Shown: positions 20,337 through 30,122, counted from the stretch's first letter. The stretch is DNA of 64,000 nucleotides from a virus (IMGVR_UViG_3300036944_000561:1-64000); one strand, 5' to 3'. Notes: generated from the letters alone by a model not told the origin. Program-made: numbers and translations.

Positions 20337-20939
20337 ATGGGTCAGTTATATCAAGGTCGCTATCACGTTAAGAATCCCGAAAAATATAAAGGGAACGTTC
20401 ACGATGTGATTTTCAGAAGCAGTTGGGAATATCGGGCGATGATCTTCTGTGACATGACACCTGCGATCAAATATTGGTCGTCAGAAGAGACAGTCATCCC
20501 GTATATCTCACCCCTTGACGGAAGACGCCATCGGTATTTCATGGATCTAACCATTTGGACGCAACAGGAAGACGGAACATTGAAATGTTGCTTGGTTGAA
20601 ATTAAACCATATGATCAAACTCAGCCACCCAAAAAGAAACAAGGTAAGAGGAATGACCGATTTGCACAAGAAGTGGCCACATATTCGGTGAACCAAGCCA
20701 AGTGGGAATATGCTAGAGCATTCTGCGAAAAGAACGGATATAATTTCATCATATGGACTGAAAAGGAACTTCTTCCAGACATCAACGAAAATGTCAAAGA
20801 GTTGAAATCACAACGCCAATATGAAGAGAAAATGAAAAAAGCCTTTCGGAAGAAAAAGGATCCCAAGTTACAGATTCTTGCAAGACATTTGGAGCTTCGT
20901 GTTAAAAAGAATTTTATCAACGACAAAAATAAGGTATGA
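20337..20939 (+). CDS. 4: Head completion nuclease gp4
   Basis: YQGRYHVKNPEKYKG, FRSSWE, WSSEETVIPYISPLDG, RYFMD, LVEIKP, NQAKW. Confidence 0.93.
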   Translation: MGQLYQGRYHVKNPEKYKGNVHDVIFRSSWEYRAMIFCDMTPAIKYWSSEETVIPYISPLDGRRHRYFMDLTIWTQQEDGTLKCCLVEIKPYDQTQPPKKKQGKRNDRFAQEVATYSVNQAKWEYARAFCEKNGYNFIIWTEKELLPDINENVKELKSQRQYEEKMKKAFRKKKDPKLQILARHLELRVKKNFINDKNKV

Positions 20940-20969
20940 TGCATCCATTACAACTAATGGGATTTCATC

Positions 20970-21302
20970 ATGTACTATATCTTCACAGGTTCTACAGGGA
21001 ACGCATTCATGTTTCTGAAGAATACCTATCCAAAAGTAATTGAATCAACCTCAGATATTTCAGAAGCTCTTCAAATTCATAATTTTAATGAAGCCATAGA
21101 TTTATGTAAGAAAGAACACGTTGTTCACAAGTTCTTCTACAACGAACAACCCCCAATAGTTCGCCCAATTGGGATTGCAGTTGTTGATGGCTCTATCGAT
21201 AGTGAAGATTTCAGAGGTTATACCGGGAACATAACACGTAGGACTATACAAGATGCTGGTTCAAATTTCCAACAATTCATCAAGTATGCAATCTATGAAT
21301 GA
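20970..21302 (+). CDS. Hypothetical protein
   Basis: 110-aa ORF. Confidence 0.55.
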   Translation: MYYIFTGSTGNAFMFLKNTYPKVIESTSDISEALQIHNFNEAIDLCKKEHVVHKFFYNEQPPIVRPIGIAVVDGSIDSEDFRGYTGNITRRTIQDAGSNFQQFIKYAIYE

Positions 21303-21431
21303 TAAAATTGTTCAATTGAAACTTGGATATGTTGAGTTTAAATTCAATCTAAGAACAGCTTGTCACCAGAAGAAGTCCAGGAATTCATGGAAGTCCTAGG
21401 AAAATTTTTGGCGAGCAGAACAAGGATACCC

Positions 21432-21494
21432 TTTACTTCTTAACAGTAAAACAATATAATGGCTCCGATAGCTAACTGAACCCAAGAGGATACC
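21432..21494 (+). promoter_or_regulatory. Early promoter module (repeat family)
   Basis: TTTACT-17-TATAAT, then AACCCAAGAGGATA RBS box. Confidence 0.8.
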
Positions 21495-21665
21495 ATGAAA
21501 GCTAAAACGAAAAATCTCACATTAGACGATTTCATCTCAGATTATCAATGTATGGTTGTTCGAGGAATACATCGCAACAAGAAATATATTGAAAAATACA
21601 TCTCTTCATATTACACCCATATCTCCAAGGAAGTTCATTCTTGGTTAGAGGTTCATCATGGATAA
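21495..21665 (+). CDS. Small hypothetical protein (56 aa, absent from the ORF track)
   Basis: AGAGGA RBS and promoter upstream; MKAKTKNLTLDDFISDY...EVHHG*. Confidence 0.6.
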   Translation: MKAKTKNLTLDDFISDYQCMVVRGIHRNKKYIEKYISSYYTHISKEVHSWLEVHHG

Positions 21666-21963
21666 CATCAAACGAGAACAAAAGCACTTTTTAGAAAAGA
21701 TTAAAGCGCAACTTCCACACTTATCTTCTTCATTGACGGATAGTGAGATGTGGTTTTTATCTCAGAAGTGTGCAAACAAATTCACGCATATTGCTAGAGT
21801 TTGCAAGAAAATTTCTAGAACATCTTTCAAAATCAAAGATGTTACTGGGGACAAACAAATTTTCAAAGAAGCCAGTTTGTTAACAGACAAAGAATACCAA
21901 GTAAAAATTACTCTCGACTCCAATGGAAAAACATACCTTATTTCGTTTGATGTGGAGTTGTAG
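21658..21963 (+). CDS. Hypothetical protein
   Basis: 101-aa ORF overlapping the upstream gene. Confidence 0.55.
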   Translation: MDNIKREQKHFLEKIKAQLPHLSSSLTDSEMWFLSQKCANKFTHIARVCKKISRTSFKIKDVTGDKQIFKEASLLTDKEYQVKITLDSNGKTYLISFDVEL

Positions 21964-21995
21964 AATGACTGTTTCAATCAATATTTCGAGAAATA

Positions 21996-22418
21996 ATGAC
22001 CATGACAATACCAATAGCTCCAAACACCCTGAGCGGGGATGAAATAGAATTCTTAAAGAATGTTCCAACAAACAAGAACATTACTTCGAAATCAACAGGT
22101 CAAATTTTCAATTTGATCTCTAAAGGATTTTTGTTGGAAATTGGAGATAAATTATTTTGTAGAACCCCAAAAGGTGATAATTTTATTCAGAAGTATAAGA
22201 TCAATGAACAATGTTTTATTGATCATGGATACTCTTCTATAAAATGTATAGAATCAGAATTGTTAGGCTATTCAATGTGTTCTATCTTTGAAGTCGATAC
22301 AGACATTGGACGTGTCACAAGTTACGCTATCAACGGCGTCATATATGCTAGAAAAATTGATTACGAAAATAGGATTTTTGAAATTTTCAACTCTTATAAT
22401 GATCCAAGGGGTGTTTGA
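21996..22418 (+). CDS. Hypothetical protein
   Basis: 140-aa ORF. Confidence 0.55.
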   Translation: MTMTIPIAPNTLSGDEIEFLKNVPTNKNITSKSTGQIFNLISKGFLLEIGDKLFCRTPKGDNFIQKYKINEQCFIDHGYSSIKCIESELLGYSMCSIFEVDTDIGRVTSYAINGVIYARKIDYENRIFEIFNSYNDPRGV

Positions 22419-22777
22419 TGTCTATCTTTCAGTGTGAAAATTGTGGTTGTGCTGAGAATACCGTGTACGGTGAAGCATTTTATGACCCCAAATGGTTTGA
22501 TTGGACAGGAATAGAAGAACGCAAGGGATTGAAGTTGTGTTCTGCTTGTTCTCCGACTTCGTTTTCTGAAGGTACACCAACCAAATGGAAAGGGAAGTGG
22601 CACAATCAATACCCGAGAATCTTTCTAGAGAAAGGAATGTGGAAGACAAATGGGGTTGGGAATCTAGAACATATAGATCTACATGTCACCAATTATTGGG
22701 ATTTTGCGTTAAACAAAGAAGTTACAGAATACAATTATTCTGGGCATTCATTAATAGATGATGGAGAAACCAAATGA
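22415..22777 (+). CDS. Cys-rich probable zinc-binding hypothetical protein
   Basis: CENCGC and CSAC pairs; ATGA overlaps with neighbours. Confidence 0.65.
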   Translation: MMSIFQCENCGCAENTVYGEAFYDPKWFDWTGIEERKGLKLCSACSPTSFSEGTPTKWKGKWHNQYPRIFLEKGMWKTNGVGNLEHIDLHVTNYWDFALNKEVTEYNYSGHSLIDDGETK

Positions 22778-23037
22778 AATTTGTATTGTTATTAGTCGTT
22801 GTTTGTGTGTTGTCTGGTTGTGCTGACGATGTCCCGTATCAGATTACAACCCAAATAGAACCAGTCGGATTCTGGTATGGGTTGTGGCATGGGATGATAG
22901 CGCCATTCTCATTCTTGGTTTCACTGTTTGATGATAATGTAGCTGTCTATGCCGTTTACAATAACGGCGGATGGTATAATTTTGGATTTGTACTGGGCAT
23001 TGCATCACTTTCCGGTTCTAGTAGTAGCGGAAAATAA
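22774..23037 (+). CDS. Putative membrane lipoprotein
   Basis: Lipobox LSGC after a hydrophobic signal; further hydrophobic segments GFWYGLWHGMIAPFSFLVSLF and WYNFGFVLG. Confidence 0.7.
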   Translation: MKFVLLLVVVCVLSGCADDVPYQITTQIEPVGFWYGLWHGMIAPFSFLVSLFDDNVAVYAVYNNGGWYNFGFVLGIASLSGSSSSGK

Positions 23038-23039
23038 AA

Positions 23040-23109
23040 GTTTACTTCTTCAATAATCCGCGTATAATGGTTGACAGTTGATTGAAACTTGCCCCTAGAG
23101 GATACAACC
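23040..23109 (+). promoter_or_regulatory. Early promoter module (repeat family)
   Basis: GTTTACT-16-TATAAT-GGTT, then CCCCTAGAGGATA RBS box. Confidence 0.85.
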
Positions 23110-24309
23110 ATGGCTTCAACAAACGCTCCCCGCAAAGAACTTTTCGCTATCATGTCTGGCGAGAAGAATGCAATGTACACTCTCCGTCATTATGAGATTA
23201 TCTATTACTCTGTAGGAAATATCCCAGTTTATGGTTGGGTGTATATATGCAACTTGTCAATCGACAAAGAACGCGCCCTTGAAAAAGCTTCAGAAGTTTC
23301 TGGTCTCCCAGCAAAAGACATCGAATTTTATGCTGATAAACTGAACGCTTATGAAACCGGAGGAAATGGTGGCGGCGGTCAAAAACTGTCTGACGAAGAG
23401 ATTGCTAAACGTCGTGAAGAATATGAAGCTGAAAAACAAAAGAAATTCGAAACTGAGAAGACAATGGCTCAGAATGGTTATTGGCCATTCCCCGGAAACG
23501 ATTACAATAAACCAATCATCAATCATTTAACCCGTTCATCTTTGGATTGGTGGGCTAAAAATGAATTCGAAGCAGGAAGCATAGCAGAGTATGTACAGGA
23601 ATATGTCATCAATAATCTGACTAGATTTATCCTTCCAGACGTTAAAGCCTCTGCGGATTGAGTCGGTGAGCAGATTGGTAATCGTGTAACAATCGACGCC
23701 ACTGTGATCCGCTCAAGCGGTTTCAGAAGGGCTTCTGCCTATTCTTACAATGGTGCTGAATGGGTAACCATTACAACCCTGGTCACCGACAAAGGTCAGA
23801 TGGTGACCGTATTCTCAACATCATTTTATTCAAGTGTTGGTTCACGGTTGAAATTCAAAGCTACTGTCAAGGATTTCACACAATTTGAAGGAATGAACCA
23901 AACCATCGTTCAACGGGTGAAGGTTATTGAAGAAACTGATGATGAAGAAGAGTTCAGAAACGTCCAGGATTATGCTCGTTCGAAGCATGATTTACATCAC
24001 GCAATGAAAACTTTGGTCACCCAATGTCTTTCGGATATCGACCGCCGTAATGAATTTATCTCAGATTACAAAGAAGATTTGGAAAAGGCTGATGATGCTA
24101 ATCAGGATTTCTTCAACAAACTCATACGACATGAATATGATAAGATCTTAGAACTGAGAATAATTATCGAAGAACTCAAATTATTCAAACATGAAAAACT
24201 TGAAAGAGAAATCGAACGATTTGAAATGTGCAAGAAACAACTGGTTGAAGCCGGGTTCAAAGACTATGAAATCCCAGTTGTTAATGAAAATGGTTTACTT
24301 CTTTTCTGA
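23110..24309 (+). pseudogene. Single early gene interrupted by one in-frame TGA at 23659-23661
   Basis: ORFs 23089-23661 and 23704-24309 share a frame with no other stop between them; junction reads SAD*VGEQIGNRVTI. Confidence 0.7.
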
Positions 24310-24722
24310 ACCGTTCTCTTATAATCTTTTAAAAGGATGTCCCCATGGCATCCTTTTGGTTTACAACAACAGACCAAATCATGATTCCTAAGAGCAAGCA
24401 TCTCAGCGTCTGTTACTACACCCGTCAAGCGAATCACCGTCCAATATTCTTCAAAGCATTCTAGGACTTCTGAGCGCGTGAGAGACCCGCCTCTAAGGGC
24501 ATATCTCAAGGCAACTTTTAAACATTCGGTCTCCCCCGGTAATCCAATCTGGTTTGCAATAATAGATCTGACTTCTCGTATTGTAAGAACCGAACCAATC
24601 TTGAAAGGATTTGAAAATTTGGAAGGCCTCATGATAGATACCCGAGGCCGGGTAGAAGTATTGTCTGGAGATTTGTAATTCAGAATCCTGGGAGAATCAT
24701 TCTGAAACAGAAGTTTGCTCAT
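24264..24722 (-). CDS. DUF4326-like protein
   Basis: RPSKFSNPF and DLVCCCKPKGCHGDIL motifs. Confidence 0.8.
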   Translation of the reverse strand: MSKLLFQNDSPRILNYKSPDNTSTRPRVSIMRPSKFSNPFKIGSVLTIREVRSIIANQIGLPGETECLKVALRYALRGGSLTRSEVLECFEEYWTVIRLTGVVTDAEMLALRNHDLVCCCKPKGCHGDILLKDYKRTVQKRSKPFSLTTGIS

Positions 24723-24916
24723 GATACGTGAACTCTTACCTCTTTGTTACCAGCCCCGGTGAATTTATATGTTTGTCCTTTCTGAAGTTCGCGAGGGGTC
24801 TTTTTCTTATCGACGCCTTTGACTCCCATACTTTTCAACTTCATAACCAAATCTTCACCGTTAGAAGAACTCATACGAACATCAGACCCTTCACGCTGAA
24901 TAACAAAGTTTGCCAT
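24719..24916 (-). CDS. Small basic hypothetical protein
   Basis: 65 aa, overlapping the DUF4326 start. Confidence 0.55.
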   Translation of the reverse strand: MANFVIQREGSDVRMSSSNGEDLVMKLKSMGVKGVDKKKTPRELQKGQTYKFTGAGNKEVRVHVS

Positions 24917-24940
24917 CTACCAATCTCCAAAAGTATTTTC

Positions 24941-25555
24941 TCAGTTATTATAACCGAGTCTTCTTAATGAAAAACCAACAATGGGTTCATATCCCTGATT
25001 CATCAAAGAGAATACACTGGTGTCGGAGAGATTCAATATTAACGTCTCACCTGGCTCTATGGTGTATTCTTTCAATTCGTGTCCCAAACCAATGCTGTTT
25101 TCAACCCACACATTATTCATTTTTAATTTAATTTCACCATGAGTATCATTCGAAAGTTTTATTTGAACCGTGACCGTGAAATTTCCACCTTCAAGATTCT
25201 TGGATTGCTCTTGTATGTCTTTCAGGGTATCCGTTCTCAAAAATAAAATGAGAGTATCGTTTTTACCATAGTAAAATCCAAACCGAGATTCTTTTACCGA
25301 AGTGACGTCTGGATACTTTACTACCGGCAATTTGTAATGTACTTCTTTTTCTTTCTTACAAACAGAGTTCCAAACATATGTTCCTCTCCAATATTCACAT
25401 CCCGAACTGACTCCATATATCTTCACAGTTATTTCGTCAGACTTTTGTTTCAAAAATGTGCTAAGAGGAACTTCAGATTCCACCTGTATTTTACAAGAAC
25501 ATATCACTATCGAAAAAGCCATGATGAAAATCATTTTCATCATTTTCATCATCAT
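24941..25555 (-). CDS. Putative lipoprotein
   Basis: MKMIFIMAFSIVICSC signal peptide ending in a lipobox-like Cys. Confidence 0.6.
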   Translation of the reverse strand: MMMKMMKMIFIMAFSIVICSCKIQVESEVPLSTFLKQKSDEITVKIYGVSSGCEYWRGTYVWNSVCKKEKEVHYKLPVVKYPDVTSVKESRFGFYYGKNDTLILFLRTDTLKDIQEQSKNLEGGNFTVTVQIKLSNDTHGEIKLKMNNVWVENSIGLGHELKEYTIEPGETLILNLSDTSVFSLMNQGYEPIVGFSLRRLGYNN

Positions 25556-25573
25556 GTAATCTCAGTTACTCAG

Positions 25574-25602
25574 TTAAATAATCATTACTGTTTGTATTTA
25601 TA
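25574..25602. promoter_or_regulatory. Paired late promoters on opposite strands
   Basis: TTAAATA (+) at 25574-25580 and TATAAATA (-) at 25595-25602. Confidence 0.6.
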
Positions 25603-25612
25603 TTCAGAGATT

Positions 25613-26134
25613 ATGGCCATGGGCGAAATTCTTAGCAATTATCAACAAAATGATGCATCTAGCGACAGTTGGTTGTTGATTCTTCCGTTTGGAGATCTTA
25701 GACTGATTGCAAGAAAAACCACGGATTTCGATATGCCGGGGGTGAATGCAGAAGGAACAATCGGTCCCAGATTTGGGGGAGTTGCAACATTCAACGTTTC
25801 TTCTGACACAGTATATTTCGATCCAGTAGTTTTCACTTTCATCGTCGATGAAAATTACAAGAACTACAATGCGATGTTAGCAAGGATATTGAGAACTCCG
25901 AAAATGGAAATGGAAGAAGTATATTTTCAATTCACCGTCGTTCCTCTAAGCAATACCAAAAAGGATATGAACGTATCCTACACCTATCTTGATGCAACAT
26001 TGAGCAACCTTTCTACTGTTAGTCTAGACACTACCGCTGGAGTGAAAACTCTTACATGCACCGCCACCTTTAAATTCGGTGGAATGATACTTATGGAAAA
26101 CGGTCAGGTTATAGTAGATACCACTCAGTTATAG
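25613..26134 (+). CDS. 3: Tail tube terminator / tail completion protein gp3
   Basis: FDMPGV...DTVYFDPVVFTFIVDENYKNY...LSNLSTVSLD; real start 25613. Confidence 0.85.
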   Translation: MAMGEILSNYQQNDASSDSWLLILPFGDLRLIARKTTDFDMPGVNAEGTIGPRFGGVATFNVSSDTVYFDPVVFTFIVDENYKNYNAMLARILRTPKMEMEEVYFQFTVVPLSNTKKDMNVSYTYLDATLSNLSTVSLDTTAGVKTLTCTATFKFGGMILMENGQVIVDTTQL

Positions 26135-26142
26135 AGATTGAA

Positions 26143-26619
26143 TTGATGGAAACAATAGACGGACAAGTTGAATTACCACAACACCAAACAATAGAAGAAT
26201 TGACAGACATTTGTGATAAATGGTTGGCCCTGGAAGATACAATACATTTAGACTCTTATGCTAAAGAACAAAGTTCAATTTACTTCAAGGTTCAACGGTT
26301 GTTGGCGGTTGAAACAAATGCTCTTGATTTCTTCAACCAGAAACTACTATCAACAGAACTTCAGTTGAGAAGATATTATGATGGAAAATTCCCTCCATCG
26401 GTGTATCGCGAGCGTCCTTTGAAATATCCCCCATCCAATCAAAAGGAATTAGATCTTTGTGTCAAATGTGACCCAATGTATCACCAAATTGATTTGGAAT
26501 GCACCAAAGCCAAAAGACGAGTAGAATTTCTTGAAAACGTGTTATGGCGTATCAAGGAACGAGGGAGCGAAATTCGTACCATCATGGATTGGCGCAAATA
26601 TATCGAGGCTGGTATCTAA
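26143..26619 (+). CDS. uvsY: Recombination mediator UvsY
   Basis: LRRYYDG...V..DP...RVEFLENVLWRIKERGSEIRTIMDWRKY; position upstream of uvsW. Confidence 0.8.
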   Translation: MMETIDGQVELPQHQTIEELTDICDKWLALEDTIHLDSYAKEQSSIYFKVQRLLAVETNALDFFNQKLLSTELQLRRYYDGKFPPSVYRERPLKYPPSNQKELDLCVKCDPMYHQIDLECTKAKRRVEFLENVLWRIKERGSEIRTIMDWRKYIEAGI

Positions 26620-27326
26620 TGGCAGGTCTGAGCGTCTTTGACGGTAAATTCCAATGGGTTCGACCTCAAATCCCGACAGGCAACATCACCAGTCGGGATA
26701 CTCCTAATGGTAGGATCTATACAGATGAATCCGGAACAGAATATTGGTCAATGACCACCATGTTAGGTATGACAGAAGATGATCATGATTGGTATGAAAA
26801 ATGGGTGGAACGAGTTGGATTAGAATATGCTGAACAAGAATCTACCCGCTGTTGCGACAGAGGTGAAAAGATTCATCTTGCTTCTGAGATGTATGTTAGG
26901 AATTATCCTTTTGAAGAATGTGTTGAAGCAGCAGGAGAATATCGAAGATTATTCATTCAACTCAAGCGAGCATTAGATACTGGACTAGGAAAGGTCTATG
27001 GAGCAGAACTTCCGGTCTTCAGCAAGATTATGAAAGTCGGTGGAAGGCTCGACTTATGTGCTGAATGGAAGGGAGAATTGGCTCTTATAGACTACAAAGG
27101 CTCTAATTTTATTAAAACTCGTTCAGATACAACAAGTTATCGTCACCAACTTTGCGGATATTCGTTAGCGATTGAAGAAATGCATAGTATAAAGGCAAAG
27201 AAACTTATTAACATTATTGCTAATGAAAAATCTCCTATGCCAACAATCATTATCACCGATAGAAAGGATGTTATCAAGGAATTTGCTGAAAGAATCAAGA
27301 AATTTCATAAGATAATCAATTGTTAA
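26619..27326 (+). CDS. PD-(D/E)XK exonuclease
   Basis: WSMTTML, RGEKIH, GGRLDL, IDYKGS, QLCGY. Confidence 0.85.
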   Translation: MAGLSVFDGKFQWVRPQIPTGNITSRDTPNGRIYTDESGTEYWSMTTMLGMTEDDHDWYEKWVERVGLEYAEQESTRCCDRGEKIHLASEMYVRNYPFEECVEAAGEYRRLFIQLKRALDTGLGKVYGAELPVFSKIMKVGGRLDLCAEWKGELALIDYKGSNFIKTRSDTTSYRHQLCGYSLAIEEMHSIKAKKLINIIANEKSPMPTIIITDRKDVIKEFAERIKKFHKIINC

Positions 27327-27360
27327 ATATAGGGTAATTCATATTTTATGAGACCCAACA

Positions 27361-28896
27361 ATGTACAGTGTTTACATAGAAAAGACAAATAACAACATTG
27401 CAACTGTCTATTCTGATGAATCTTGTGTTCATGAGGAACTGTACGATCGTTTCAAAGTCGACGACCCTTCATATCGCCCAAACAATTTTTCAAAGTATGA
27501 TGGGAAGATTCGTCTCTATGATAAGACCACAGGACATTTTGACGCCGGGTTACTTCATAGGGTTCTTCCAACACTGAAGAATTACAAAGTTGAAGTCGAC
27601 AAGAATTTCAACAATTTCAGACATATAACCGATAAAGAACTTCATGAATGGATTGATGAATTAAATCTCCCGTTCACCCCTCATGAATATCAATTCAGAA
27701 TTGTAAGAGATTTTATCAAATATCGCCGTCTAACAGCGTTAGCAGATACCGGAGCGGGTAAGTCCCTGGTCATCTATATCATCTGCAGATTCCTTTCTGA
27801 GGTCCAAGACGGCCATGTTCTAGTGTTGGTTCCACGTATCCAGTTAGTCTCACAACTATACGACAACTTCAAAGAATATGGCTGGACAGAATGTAACCGA
27901 AATGTTCAACAAATTGTTTCAGGTAAACCGAAAAACGTTCACCGACCCATCGTTATTTCTACATGGCAATCCCTCCAGGATATGGGTTCTGATTATTTCG
28001 ACCCTTTCACTTCTGTTATTTGTGATGAAGTTCATGGAGCGTCAGCTAAAAAGCAAACCAAGATCATCAAGAACTGTCGTAATGCAACAGATCGCCTCGG
28101 ACTAACAGGAACACTAAATGGAACCGAATTGCATCAATACCAAGTTGAAGGATTGTTTGGAGCAACTCGCCAATATGTTGAAACTCAGGAATTGAAAGAT
28201 TTGGGTCAAGCATCTCAAACTCAGATCTACATGACCACCATTCGTTACCCTTCAATAGACAATATAAGACTCTCCAAATTAGACTATGAAGGAACTATTC
28301 AATATCTTCTTAAGCACCCAGGTAGGATGAAATATATTGCAAAACTTGCCAAAATGAGATCAGATAACAATGAAAATTCTCTAGTGATATTTGAGCGAGT
28401 TGAAAAGGGGTTGTTGGAATTCAAGAAATATCTTGAAGATATGGGGGTTGGAGACCGGGTTAGAATCATCGAAGGTAGCGTGAAACTCGATGATCGTAGA
28501 GAAATCACTGTAGATTTGGAAAAAGATGGTGGATATATCCTCATAGCAACCTGGGGAACACTGTCTACCGGGATATCAATCAAACGCCTACACAATTTGT
28601 TCTTGGCTTCTAGCACCAAGGGATTGATCCGAGTGTTACAGACTCTAGGAAGAATGCTTCGTATTCACGAGTTCAAAACAGTAGCAAGAATTATCGACTT
28701 TGTCGACGACTATAGAAAATCTCCTTCAGCCAATTGCTACTATATTGAACATTCAAAAGAAAGATACAAATATTACAAAATGAAAAAACATGATGTGAAA
28801 TTTGTCAAAGCTGAAATTGGAGAATCTGTTGAGCGTGAAACTTATGAAGATATTCTTCGTGATTCTGAGAGAAGGAAAGCCAACCGTTCTGATTAA
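27361..28896 (+). CDS. uvsW: UvsW helicase
   Basis: ADTGAGKS, STWQS, DEVHG, GLTGTL, LQTLGRMLR. Confidence 0.95.
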   Translation: MYSVYIEKTNNNIATVYSDESCVHEELYDRFKVDDPSYRPNNFSKYDGKIRLYDKTTGHFDAGLLHRVLPTLKNYKVEVDKNFNNFRHITDKELHEWIDELNLPFTPHEYQFRIVRDFIKYRRLTALADTGAGKSLVIYIICRFLSEVQDGHVLVLVPRIQLVSQLYDNFKEYGWTECNRNVQQIVSGKPKNVHRPIVISTWQSLQDMGSDYFDPFTSVICDEVHGASAKKQTKIIKNCRNATDRLGLTGTLNGTELHQYQVEGLFGATRQYVETQELKDLGQASQTQIYMTTIRYPSIDNIRLSKLDYEGTIQYLLKHPGRMKYIAKLAKMRSDNNENSLVIFERVEKGLLEFKKYLEDMGVGDRVRIIEGSVKLDDRREITVDLEKDGGYILIATWGTLSTGISIKRLHNLFLASSTKGLIRVLQTLGRMLRIHEFKTVARIIDFVDDYRKSPSANCYYIEHSKERYKYYKMKKHDVKFVKAEIGESVERETYEDILRDSERRKANRSD

Positions 28897-28955
28897 TCTG
28901 ATCTATTAAAATCATTTTCGGGCAAACCACGGGGTTTAGGGTACTATCAAAACCA

Positions 28956-29285
28956 TTATGAAAAAACCACTTTTTTAAAACTTTTTAAAATAAATTTTAT
29001 TTCACCTGCCCAGTTGACAAGGTACTCCACAGAAAATATGAGAGTATTTGGGTCTACACTATTCTGATAACACCACACCCCAAATTCATAAGTGGGAAAA
29101 TTCATTTTTACAAAGTTCTTAACTTCTTCAATCTCCATTGCTTCGAAATTGTAGACGTCGTTGTCACAATAAGGAACAATGATTTTCTTTTCCAATTTAA
29201 AAAAGAATGTATTGTATCTTGGGATTGAAAACGTATTGTTCATCCAAGCCTGAAACATAGCTGAGATTTCTTTTAAATCTATCAT
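28956..29285 (-). CDS. Hypothetical protein, AT-rich, opposite strand
   Basis: 109-aa ORF filling an otherwise empty gap. Confidence 0.5.
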   Translation of the reverse strand: MIDLKEISAMFQAWMNNTFSIPRYNTFFFKLEKKIIVPYCDNDVYNFEAMEIEEVKNFVKMNFPTYEFGVWCYQNSVDPNTLIFSVEYLVNWAGEIKFILKSFKKVVFS

Positions 29286-29352
29286 GTTTAATTACTATTG
29301 AATAAAAATGCGATATCCTTATGATATCTAGTACAGTTTCAGAGGTAAAATA

Positions 29353-29778
29353 ATGTCCAAATTCGAAGATTTCGTTTCATTGATACAAGCCACAAAAATA
29401 GAAGTCACTAAAATTGAAGAGCCTTATGTGTTCACGCATTGCGGTATCTTCCAACTGGATTTGGTGAAAAATTCTATTGGATTTGCCCCGGTTTCATTCT
29501 TGACTGCTGAACTTTCTTCAATCCTAACAGCCACTCTTGCAAAAATGGCGGTGACTTTAGGATATGAACATAGTATTGTTCCGATGAAGGCTGTATATCC
29601 GACCGACAATTCTTATACAGTATTTGAAACCGATCCCGTCAAAGTTGAAGAATTAAACCGCAACACAATGAAAACCATGTATGGTTCCTCAGGAATTGAA
29701 ACAACAGAAGATTCTTCAACCATTGTTACGAAACCAATCAATAGAACACAACGCAAAAAAGACAAAACTCGCATATGA
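29353..29778 (+). CDS. Hypothetical protein
   Basis: AGAGGT RBS; candidate TTGAAT-16-TATGAT promoter at 29298-29325. Confidence 0.65.
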   Translation: MSKFEDFVSLIQATKIEVTKIEEPYVFTHCGIFQLDLVKNSIGFAPVSFLTAELSSILTATLAKMAVTLGYEHSIVPMKAVYPTDNSYTVFETDPVKVEELNRNTMKTMYGSSGIETTEDSSTIVTKPINRTQRKKDKTRI

Positions 29779-29810
29779 TCTTGAACGTACATCAGGAGGA
29801 GTTCGAGTAG

Positions 29811-30122
29811 ATGAATGACTTGCTACAAATCATCAATCAAGAATGTTTGGAAGTTGGACTTCCTTGTATTTCTGAAGATAAAATATCTTCAGAAGGTAAT
29901 GGAGTAGAATGCTTGGATATAACTCCTCATTTCCTCCTCTATAAGGATCATCAGCAACTTTATTTTTGCGCGGGTGCAACGGGCGAGAGTACCAAACAAA
30001 TCTTGGCTGCATTAATTATAGGACGTTCCAGCGTTAAAGCTGGATTGCCTTTGTTTATGGGAACCCCATTCTTATTGAATGACGGAAATATTCAATTTTT
30101 AACAGGTGAAGAAGATGCTTGA
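29811..30122 (+). CDS. Hypothetical protein
   Basis: 103 aa with AGGAGG upstream. Confidence 0.6.
   Translation: MNDLLQIINQECLEVGLPCISEDKISSEGNGVECLDITPHFLLYKDHQQLYFCAGATGESTKQILAALIIGRSSVKAGLPLFMGTPFLLNDGNIQFLTGEEDA

Noticed and set aside
23659-23661. Genome-wide TGA reassignment
   Set aside because: TGA ends many intact genes here (e.g. 892, 3804, 5287, 10467) with correct protein lengths
24294-24325. Seventh copy of the early promoter (GGTTTACTT...TATAAT)
   Set aside because: Spacer is 20 nt, no RBS box follows, and it lies in a coding 3' end
24331-24357. AAAAGGATG/CATCCTTTT inverted repeat as a special element
   Set aside because: It may act as a terminator for the convergent genes, but it lies inside the conserved CHGD coding motif of DUF4326 and could be coincidental
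26619-27326. Cas4-like nuclease as a sign of a CRISPR system
   Set aside because: It sits in the usual uvsY-exonuclease-uvsW position, with no array or other cas genes
28897-29000. AT-rich tract after uvsW as a replication origin
   Set aside because: No iterons or other support; mostly explained by the end of an AT-rich ORF
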